Shown: piece after piece, positions 17,529-25,196 of the stretch
Position numbering within the stretch: position 1 is the first letter of the stretch
Layout of the letters: each line of letters opens with the position of its first letter
Assembly (NCBI GenBank): GCA_022791945.1
Contig: JAAVZY010000021.1
Location: 3,295 to 67,294 of the forward strand
Source: Oscillospiraceae bacterium
Lineage (GTDB): Bacteria; Bacillota; Clostridia; Oscillospirales; Ruminococcaceae
Direction of reading: 5' to 3'
Length of the DNA: 64,000 bases
Translations under genes and position numbers: made by a program
Notes under the pieces: model-generated
Told to the model about the DNA's origin: nothing
The model's database searches: none
Seen by the model: the letters and a program-made list of their open reading frames with translations, nothing else

Positions 17529-19328
17529 ATGACGCTGACACTGAGCTATGGGCATCTGGACGAGGTTATCAGATATACCAAAAACCTTTCCAACAGCCTG
17601 AACGAATACTGCGACGACCTGTGCGATAAGGTGCAGAAGAAGCTGTTGGACGTGGAGGGCGGAGGCTCCTCCCATCTGGAAAATGCCGGCTACTATGTGA
17701 AGCGGAAAATGGAGAAGATTCGTCAGCGGAAGGCCAATGCCGACACGATGAATACCTTGGCCCGGAATCTGCTGGACACTGCCAAGCGGGTGGACAGCAG
17801 CGTTAAGTCGATGATTGAGGCCAGACAGGCGGAATTTTTTGAGAAATATCCGGATTTGAAGCCGAGCAATTTCAAGATGATGCAGACCAGCTTTCTGTGC
17901 GATCTCAGGAATGTGCCGGTGCTTGGCTGGATCATCAAGGGAGTTGAAGCAGTCGGAAGAGGCTGGAACGATCTGGGAAAGAACATCCGGCACTGGTGGA
18001 AGTGCGGCGGCGGGCAGGAAATCGTCATGAACGCCGTGGACATTGTGGTGAAGGTCGGACTGGCCGTGGTGGCGGTAGCCGTTGCTGTGTCTGCCGTTGC
18101 GGCGCTCGCAGGCGGGACCGTGATAGCGATAGTGGTGGCAGGCGCCGCTTTAGTAGCGGCAGCGATCGCCTGTGTGAATGCAGTCACAAACACGATCACT
18201 TCTGTTCGGGCCATTGCCGCCGGAGGGGACGATCCCGCCATGGCGAAGATTTACGGGAAACAGGACAGCCTTTCCACAGTTCTGAGAGAAACCAACTTCC
18301 GGGATTGGGGCTTGCGGCCCATCACATTCCAGATCCCGTTCTCCGGAGGAATGACTTACACGCTGGATTTGGGCCGGATTCTTAACCGTAAGAGTATGGA
18401 ATGGGCAACGGAAATTGAGATTGCGGATAACCTTGCCAGCCTGATCCTGATTGCTGACGCTGCATGGAAAGCCGGCGGCACCCTGGTGAACAAGCTGGAT
18501 CGTTTTGCTGCCACCAACGGCATCGACTCCGCTTTTAAGGTGACAGTCCAGGGAAGCAACGGGACCACAGTCCAAAAAGTGACCTTCCAATCCCTAAAGG
18601 ATGGCTTCAAAGCCTTAGTCATGGATAAGCCTCCGACTTCCGGCGCCTCTCAGGGAGTGCGCACCATCCTGCTCGACAATCTGAAGTCCAACGCTGGAAC
18701 CTGGGTCACCCAGGTTAAGAATGACCTGCGGCACCCGATCCCCTGGTTCCGGAGCCAGCAGGCGGCAGGAAAGATTCCTACAGTTCAGAGCATCCGGCAG
18801 AATTTACAGAGTCTTCCTTCCAGCCTCAAACAGAATTTACAGAATATTCCTTCCAAACTCCAGCAGGGCTGGACGCAGTTTGCGAATGCCAGCAGGAGCG
18901 ACAAGCTGCTGAAAGCCGATGCTATTGCCAAGAAGGTAAATATCGGGATCTCATCCGGTCAGAGCTTTGTTGAAGGAATCTATAATGTAGGGGACCGGAA
19001 TCTGATTGATCGGGGCCTGGAGCGCTTCTTCAGGACAAAGGTCTTTTCCAAGAACAGCGCCGTGCAGTTCCTCAATACCAGCGGAATCGGCGGCGTCATA
19101 TTTGGCAATAACCTTAAGAACCTGACAGGCATCAGCCAGGGCGGAGTGATCCAAAAGACATTCGGGATATTCAAGAAAAGCGAGACACCCAGTTATACCA
19201 GCAGCAGCTTAAGTCGGGTGTGGGATCATTACAATGAAATAGAGAACTTCAGATTTACCTTTGATCTGGAAGCACTGCGGCTCCAGCAGAGTAAGCTCCG
19301 TTTGGAGCTTGAAAATATAGGGAGGTAG
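17529..19328 (+). CDS. LXG-like putative T7SS substrate with Ala/Val/Gly-rich TM hairpin
   Basis: ATG at 17529, 8 nt after aaaggggagg. Helical N-terminal ~150 aa (LLDVEGGGSSHLENAGYYVKRKM resembles the LxG region). Hydrophobic stretch VVKVGLAVVAVAVAVSAVAALAGGTVIAIVVAGAALVAAAIACV. Visibly lower GC than its neighbours. Confidence 0.55.
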   Translation: MTLTLSYGHLDEVIRYTKNLSNSLNEYCDDLCDKVQKKLLDVEGGGSSHLENAGYYVKRKMEKIRQRKANADTMNTLARNLLDTAKRVDSSVKSMIEARQAEFFEKYPDLKPSNFKMMQTSFLCDLRNVPVLGWIIKGVEAVGRGWNDLGKNIRHWWKCGGGQEIVMNAVDIVVKVGLAVVAVAVAVSAVAALAGGTVIAIVVAGAALVAAAIACVNAVTNTITSVRAIAAGGDDPAMAKIYGKQDSLSTVLRETNFRDWGLRPITFQIPFSGGMTYTLDLGRILNRKSMEWATEIEIADNLASLILIADAAWKAGGTLVNKLDRFAATNGIDSAFKVTVQGSNGTTVQKVTFQSLKDGFKALVMDKPPTSGASQGVRTILLDNLKSNAGTWVTQVKNDLRHPIPWFRSQQAAGKIPTVQSIRQNLQSLPSSLKQNLQNIPSKLQQGWTQFANASRSDKLLKADAIAKKVNIGISSGQSFVEGIYNVGDRNLIDRGLERFFRTKVFSKNSAVQFLNTSGIGGVIFGNNLKNLTGISQGGVIQKTFGIFKKSETPSYTSSSLSRVWDHYNEIENFRFTFDLEALRLQQSKLRLELENIGR

Positions 19329-19330
19329 CT

Positions 19331-20635
19331 ATGGAAAACATTGATGTGCAGGAATACCTGACCCAAGGGGCCGTCCTCTCCGGGCAGGGCCAGTATGAAG
19401 CGGCCCTTGAGTACTATCGGAAGGCGGAAAAGGCGGATCCCATGGATCCGGAGGTCTATCTCGCCCAGGGCACAGCCCTGGCCAGCCTGGATCGGCTGGA
19501 GGAAGCCAAAACCCAGTTTGAGAAGGCGCTCAAGGTAGATCGCACCTGCGGGCTGGCCTACTTCCACCTGGGAAGCATTGCGATTCTCCAGGGGGACGTG
19601 GCCAAGGGCTTTGAGGACTACAACAAGGCTGTTTCCAACGGCTACGACGACGCCCAGCTCTACTACAGCATGGGCCTGCTTCATGAGGAGATCGGAGAGA
19701 TGGATCTGGCCATCCGCAGCTATTCCAAGGCGGCGCTGCGGGACCCCACCCGGCCGGACGTGCGCCTGCGGAAGGCCCAGCTCCTCCAGCAGTGCGAGCG
19801 GATTCCCGAGGCGCTCCAGGCTTTGGACGAGATGATCCTGGCCTGCCCGGATTACTTTGAGGGCTATCATATGAAATGTGTCATCCTGACGCAGCAGCGC
19901 CGCTGGGCTGAGGCGGAAAAGCTCCTGGCGGACGCGCTGGCCCTCTTCCCGGAGGATCCGGGCTTTGCGCTGGATAAGGCGTCTCTTCTGGTAGAGCGGG
20001 GCCGGACGGAGGAGGGCCTGGCTCTCCTGGATGAGCTGGAGCACCGGGAAAAGACCGACGATCCGGTTCGCCGCCGGATCTATATGGAGCGGGCCCGGAT
20101 CCACGCCTCCGCCAATCAGCTTGACGAGGCCATCACCGCCCTGAACCAGGCCAAGGCCCTTTCGGAAAAGGAGGGCGTCTTTGACCAGCAGGCAGTCTTT
20201 TTGCTGGCAAACTGCTGCCTGTCCAAGGGGAGCTATGAGCAGGTGCTGGACTGCGCCCTCCAGCTGCGGGAGAAGGGAGAGGACGTCTATATTCTGGAGA
20301 CGGCCCGTTACTTCCAGCCTTTGGCCCTGAAGATGATGGGGCGGATGGAAGAGGCCCTGCCTCTTTATCAGGAGGCGGTCAGCGCCTACCGGCAGCAGTC
20401 CCTGGATATGCCGGGCAATCTGGACGCTTATCTGCTGCGGATCATGTGCCTGCGGGACATGGAGCAGTATGAGAAGGCGTTGGAGCTGACGGATTATGTG
20501 CTTCAGCTCAAGCCGGATCGGGCCGAGCCCCGGATGCTCCGGATTTCCGTGCTGGAGGCCATGGGCCGGACAGAGGAGGCCCAGACCGAAGCCAATGCCC
20601 TTCAGGAGCTGCTCCCTCCGGAGCTGCGGAAGTAG
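19331..20635 (+). CDS. Cytoplasmic TPR repeat protein
   Basis: 434 aa of consecutive 34-aa TPR-like units (e.g. YEAALEYYRKAEKADP, AIRSYSKAALRDP). Starts 3 nt after the upstream stop. Confidence 0.8.
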   Translation: MENIDVQEYLTQGAVLSGQGQYEAALEYYRKAEKADPMDPEVYLAQGTALASLDRLEEAKTQFEKALKVDRTCGLAYFHLGSIAILQGDVAKGFEDYNKAVSNGYDDAQLYYSMGLLHEEIGEMDLAIRSYSKAALRDPTRPDVRLRKAQLLQQCERIPEALQALDEMILACPDYFEGYHMKCVILTQQRRWAEAEKLLADALALFPEDPGFALDKASLLVERGRTEEGLALLDELEHREKTDDPVRRRIYMERARIHASANQLDEAITALNQAKALSEKEGVFDQQAVFLLANCCLSKGSYEQVLDCALQLREKGEDVYILETARYFQPLALKMMGRMEEALPLYQEAVSAYRQQSLDMPGNLDAYLLRIMCLRDMEQYEKALELTDYVLQLKPDRAEPRMLRISVLEAMGRTEEAQTEANALQELLPPELRK

Positions 20636-20666
20636 GGCTTGCGCAATGAGAGGATGAGGTGTGGCT

Positions 20667-20969
20667 ATGGCTGTAAACTTACATCTGGATCAGGATGCTT
20701 TTCAGGCAGCCTGCTCCGGACTGGAGGAAAAATGCCGAGATCTGGAGGCGCTCAGCGGCCAGATTCAGAGCTCCTTTGAGCAACTCCGTCAGGATTGGGA
20801 CTCCCAGGCAGGAAAGCTCTTCTTTGAGCGTTTCGAGAACGATCTCATCAAAAATCTGGATCAGTTCACAGTGGTTATGGAGCACATGAACCAGAACCTT
20901 TCTTCTGCCTCCCAGCAGTATGAGGAGGTATTTGAGGCCGCTGAAGCTGTCGCCAACGGACAGTTCTAA
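20667..20969 (+). CDS. WXG100-family protein with degenerate W-x-S motif
   Basis: 100 aa, two predicted helices, central QDWDSQAG in place of WxG. ATG at 20667 after gagaggatgagg. Confidence 0.6.
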   Translation: MAVNLHLDQDAFQAACSGLEEKCRDLEALSGQIQSSFEQLRQDWDSQAGKLFFERFENDLIKNLDQFTVVMEHMNQNLSSASQQYEEVFEAAEAVANGQF

Positions 20970-21447
20970 AGCCTGTTCAGAGTCGAAGGGCAAGGCCGCG
21001 AGACGCTGTCTCGCGCTCTTCCAAAGGGACGCGTCCCTTTGGAATCCCATCTTTTTGAAGGGCTTTTAAGGGCGGAAAAAGGGGTGGGGTTAAGTCTGTA
21101 CAGACTTCCGGCTTTCTGCCACGCAGAGAGTCTGATTCCCGCAGGACGCTTTTTTCGTAAAGAAAAAAGCTCCCTCCTGCGTGCGGGTAGTTCCTGTGCC
21201 GCATTGGGTTCCTGCGCAGAACACGCTTGAAACTTTCTGCGTCGCAGCTTCTGCCCCACTCGTAGAGCTGAATTTTTTCTTTACGAAAAAATGGGTAGGC
21301 GGGCGATCGTCACTGCTAAGAGTATCAGCGAGGCAGGGGGACGAGCGCAAGCGCCCGTCCCCACCCCCCACCCCCAAAAGACGGGAATCCAAGGGGACGC
21401 GTCCCCTTGGCGAGTGCTCGAGAGCAGCGCTCTCGAGGTCTTGACCT
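20969..21447. repeat. Mosaic multi-hairpin repeat, full copy
   Basis: aagcctgttcagagtc-gaagggcaaggccgcgagacgctgtctcgcg at the left. ccaaggggacgcgtccccttgg..ctcgagagcagcgctctcgaggtcttgacc at the right. Confidence 0.9.
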
Positions 21448-21585
21448 TAGGAACAATGATGAAGTCTGCCGTAAGGCTGCTTTGGCGGCTTCCGCAGCCT
21501 GCTGCGGGCCTGAAGGGAATCACCGTTTCCTTCAGGTACGGAGACAATAGAAAAGCCCATTGAAAATTGAAAGGAGAAAAACGAC

Positions 21586-21885
21586 ATGGCAGAAAGAATT
21601 ATGATGACCCCTCAGGAGCTCAACGACGGCGCAGGATTTCTGCGCGATCGCCTGGAGGCTATCAACAGCGAGGTACAGTCCCTGAAAGCGAAGATCGACG
21701 ACATCGTTTCCCGGTGGGAGGGTGCCGCTCAGCAGTCCTTCGTAGCGCAGTTTGAAGAGCAGCTGTTCCCCATCCTGCGGGATGATATGCCCCAGGTCAT
21801 TACAGGCATAGCGGAGGAGCTGGATGCTGCGGCCAACGCCATCCGTGATACGGACGAGAGCCTTTCCAGCGCGTTTAAGGGCTAA
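21586..21885 (+). CDS. esxA: WXG100 family protein EsxA-like
   Basis: 99 aa. Canonical central W-E-G (SRWEGAAQQSF). Strong RBS aaaggag 9 nt upstream. Confidence 0.85.
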   Translation: MAERIMMTPQELNDGAGFLRDRLEAINSEVQSLKAKIDDIVSRWEGAAQQSFVAQFEEQLFPILRDDMPQVITGIAEELDAAANAIRDTDESLSSAFKG

Positions 21886-21960
21886 GTGAGAAGGCTGCGG
21901 CGGCCTGCCTTTGGCGGGCCGCCGCGGCTGCGCTTTCATCAATTTCAAGGAGGTTTCCCC

Positions 21961-23475
21961 ATGTCTGTCAAACGACTGCTGGCTCTATTCAATGTGCTGA
22001 TCCTCATTGTCCTTCTGTCCGGAAGGAGCCTGGGAGCGGACAGCGTCTCCCTGGTCCAGGCCTATGCCTGGGAGGACACCCTGGACGTCTTTACACAGGG
22101 CGCTTTCAGCCCCGACAGCCTTTCCTGCCGGATCTCCAATCAGGAGGCGGAGATTGTCCGGAGCGGTTCCCTGGCGGATATGGGGGTAACCGTTCAGACC
22201 CAGCTGCTGGTGGATGTGTCCACCTCCATGCCCGCGCCCCTGCGGGATAAGGTACTGGCTGTGATGGACGCCCTGATTGCCTCCATCCCTCCGGGAGAGC
22301 AGTACCAGCTTGCGGCCATCGGGGAGCAGGTTTCCGTGCTCCAGCCCTTCACCTCTGATCGGTATGATTTGGCTGTGGGAGCATCCAAGATCGCTTTCAA
22401 CGGCCAGGAAAGCCGGATCTACGACGCTGTTTACAACACCCTTCCCCAGATCGCGCCTTTGGAAGAGGGAAAGCCCTGCTTCTACCGCACGGTCATTTTG
22501 ACGGACGGAGTGGATCTGACCGATACCGGCGTGACGGTAGAGGAGCTCTACCTGAAGCTCCAGTCCAGCACCTATCCCATTGACGTTGTGGATGTCGGCG
22601 AAAAATCCGCGCCGGATCGGGAGCTGTCCGCCCTTGCGCGGATCAGCGGCGGACGGTACTTCTCCCTGAACGGGACGACGGATCCGGCGGCTCTGGCCGC
22701 CTCCCTGGGCGTGGGAGACGTATACTGGACCCGGCTGAAAGCCCCGGAGGCGCTCCTGGACGGTTCCACCCGGCAGGTCAACCTGTCCGACGGCAGTCTC
22801 TCCCTGGAGTTTGACTGCAAATTCCCCGTGTTCGGCACGCCGGAGACATCTTCGGCGCCCCCGGAGCCGCCCCCTGTATCTTCTGCGGTTCCGGTGATCC
22901 TGCCGGAGCCTGCGCCGGAGCCGGAGAAGAGCCTCCTTCCGGTGCTGCTGATTGCCGGCGCTGCGGTCATCGCCGTCAGTGCCGCAGTGCTGACGGTGCT
23001 CCTGCTCCGGAAGCGGGGCAAACAGGCGAAGCCTGGTGCCGGCGGATTGATTCCGCCCGCGCAGGGAGGGCAGGGAACAGAGCTGCTGTCAGCGGATGGG
23101 CGCACCCAGCTGATTTCCTCCACGGCCCCTTCTGTCCGGCTCCGGAGCACCGCAGATGCTTCTCAGGTGTGGGAGCTGGTTTTGGGCGCGCAGGGCCAGG
23201 AGGTGCGGATCGGCCGAAGCCCCGACTGCCGGATCTGCCTGCCGGAGGCCAGCGTCTCCCGGGAGCAGTGCAGGCTTTACTATGACGGGGGAATCTATGC
23301 GGAGAACATCAGCGGCTCCAACGTCACCCAGCTCAACGGAGAGCCGCTCAAGGCTCCTGCCCTCCTGGCAGAGGGGGATCTGCTGAAATGCGGCCGGATC
23401 TCTCTGATTGTAGAGGCGGTCACCATCTCCGGTGGAGGAAACCTGAACAAGAAAACCGCTTTCATCAATATATAG
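21961..23475 (+). CDS. Signal peptide - vWA - TM - FHA domain protein
   Basis: ATG at 21961 after caaggagg. N-terminal signal-like helix. MIDAS DVSTSM with TDGVD. TM LLPVLLIAGAAVIAVSAAVLTVLLL. C-terminal FHA signature RIGRSPDCRICL..SVSREQCRL..NGEPL. Confidence 0.8.
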   Translation: MSVKRLLALFNVLILIVLLSGRSLGADSVSLVQAYAWEDTLDVFTQGAFSPDSLSCRISNQEAEIVRSGSLADMGVTVQTQLLVDVSTSMPAPLRDKVLAVMDALIASIPPGEQYQLAAIGEQVSVLQPFTSDRYDLAVGASKIAFNGQESRIYDAVYNTLPQIAPLEEGKPCFYRTVILTDGVDLTDTGVTVEELYLKLQSSTYPIDVVDVGEKSAPDRELSALARISGGRYFSLNGTTDPAALAASLGVGDVYWTRLKAPEALLDGSTRQVNLSDGSLSLEFDCKFPVFGTPETSSAPPEPPPVSSAVPVILPEPAPEPEKSLLPVLLIAGAAVIAVSAAVLTVLLLRKRGKQAKPGAGGLIPPAQGGQGTELLSADGRTQLISSTAPSVRLRSTADASQVWELVLGAQGQEVRIGRSPDCRICLPEASVSREQCRLYYDGGIYAENISGSNVTQLNGEPLKAPALLAEGDLLKCGRISLIVEAVTISGGGNLNKKTAFINI

Positions 23476-23477
23476 GC

Positions 23478-24024
23478 GAGCCTGTTTTGGATCTCTGCGC
23501 ACTGGAAGGGCAAGACCTCGAGGCTCTGCCTCGAGCTCCGCCAAGGGGAAGGGATTCCCCTTGGATTCCCGTCTTTTTAAGGGCGGGAAAGGGTGGGGTG
23601 GAGTCTGCACAGACTTCCTTCCTCCTGCCGCGCAGACAGTCTGATTCCCGCAGACCGCTTTTTTCGTAAAGAAAAAAGCTCCCCTGTGGGTGCAGGATAC
23701 TTCCTGCACCCACAGGGGTTTTTATGCGCTTTGTTGAACGCTTAACCTGCTCCTTGATTCCGAGCGTAGCATAGCGTTTCACTCCGCAGAGAGTGTGAGC
23801 GTAACAGAGCACGCTCGAAATATTCTGCGTCGTAGTCTCTGCGCCGCACACGGGGCTGAATTTTTTCTTTACGGAAAAATGGGTAGGCGGGCGCTCGACC
23901 CTGCGGAGAGTATCAGCGAGGCAGGGACTGAAATTCTGCCCCCCCATAACCCCAAAAAGACTGGAATCCAAGGGGACGCATCCCCTTGGCGAGAGCGCGA
24001 GAGCAGAGCTCTCGCGGCCTTCCC
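23478..24024. repeat. Mosaic multi-hairpin repeat, full copy
   Basis: gagcctgtt..ggaagggcaagacctcgaggctctgcctcgag at the left. ccaaggggacgcatccccttgg..cgcgagagcagagctctcgcggccttccc at the right. Confidence 0.9.
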
Positions 24025-24032
24025 ATACCCAC

Positions 24033-25184
24033 CTACCCCTTCGCCAACTCCTCCAGAGACTGCCCACGGAGAGCGCGTTCCAGGAGAAGAGGGAGCTTTT
24101 CCGGGGCGCAGGCGAAGCAGGGGATTCCCATAGCGGCTACCTTCTGGGCGGTCTGCTGGTCATAATAGGGCTTGCCGCCGTCAGCAATGGCCAGCAGCAC
24201 CACCACGGTCACGCCAGAGGCCTTCATCTCCTCCAGCCGCCGGAGCAGCGCCGCCCGGTTGCCCCCCTCGTCCAGATCGGAAATCAGGAAAAACAGGCTC
24301 CGGGCCGGGGCCTCCACCAGCCCCTGACAGTAGGCGATGGACCTGGCAATGTCCGTCCCTCCGCCCATCTGGAACCCAAACAGCAGATCCACCGGATCGG
24401 CGCATAAAGGGGTCAGATCCATGATCTGGGTGTCAAAGGCAACCACGCTGGTCTGCACGGCGGACATGGAGGCCAGCACACAGGCCATCACCGACGAATA
24501 CAGCACGGAAGGCCCCATGGACCCGCTCTGGTCAATGTCCAGAATCACATGCCAGCGGTTGATCCGGCTGGAGCGATCGAAAAAGAGCACCCGCTCCGGA
24601 ATGATGGTCTGAAGCTCCGGGTTGTAGTGGCGCAGGTTCCGCCGGATGGTACCGGGAAAATCAATGGCGGCGGCAGAGGGGAGGGGAGAGTGGGCGCGCC
24701 GGTTCAGGGCGGCGGTCACTGCCCGCCGGACGTCGTTCTCCAACAGTCGGTTGATCTCCTCCACGATTTTCCGGATGAACTTCCGGGCCGCTTCCTTGGA
24801 TTTCTTGGGAATCTGATCCTTGAGCATGAGCAGGGTGGAGGCCAGATTCAGATCCGGCTCCAGCCCCTCCAGCAGCTCCGGCTCCAGCAGAAGCCGCTTC
24901 AGCCCCTTGCGCTCAATGGCGTCGTTTTGCACCACCGCCACGATCTCCGGGTCAAACAGAGACCGGAGATCCCCCAGCCACTTGGAAATGTGGGGGGCGG
25001 AGGGCCCCTTTCCCGCGCCGCCGGCGGACATGCTTTCTCCCGGCCCGCCGTAAATGGCAGACAGCGCGCTGTCCATCAGCAGCTCCTCCTGAGACAAAGG
25101 GGAGCCCCCCATCCGCTGGAAGGATTCCTGGGCCTCCGAGCCCAGAATCAGCCGCCAGCGAGCCATTTGTTCCTGCTGTGTCAC
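24033..25184 (-). CDS. vWA (CoxE-like) domain protein, YehP-like
   Basis: 383 aa. MIDAS DIDQSGSM with GGGTDI and ISDLDEG. Last gene of the SWIM/AAA+/vWA operon. Confidence 0.8.
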   Translation of the reverse strand: MTQQEQMARWRLILGSEAQESFQRMGGSPLSQEELLMDSALSAIYGGPGESMSAGGAGKGPSAPHISKWLGDLRSLFDPEIVAVVQNDAIERKGLKRLLLEPELLEGLEPDLNLASTLLMLKDQIPKKSKEAARKFIRKIVEEINRLLENDVRRAVTAALNRRAHSPLPSAAAIDFPGTIRRNLRHYNPELQTIIPERVLFFDRSSRINRWHVILDIDQSGSMGPSVLYSSVMACVLASMSAVQTSVVAFDTQIMDLTPLCADPVDLLFGFQMGGGTDIARSIAYCQGLVEAPARSLFFLISDLDEGGNRAALLRRLEEMKASGVTVVVLLAIADGGKPYYDQQTAQKVAAMGIPCFACAPEKLPLLLERALRGQSLEELAKG

Positions 25185-25196
25185 AGGCTCGCCTCC

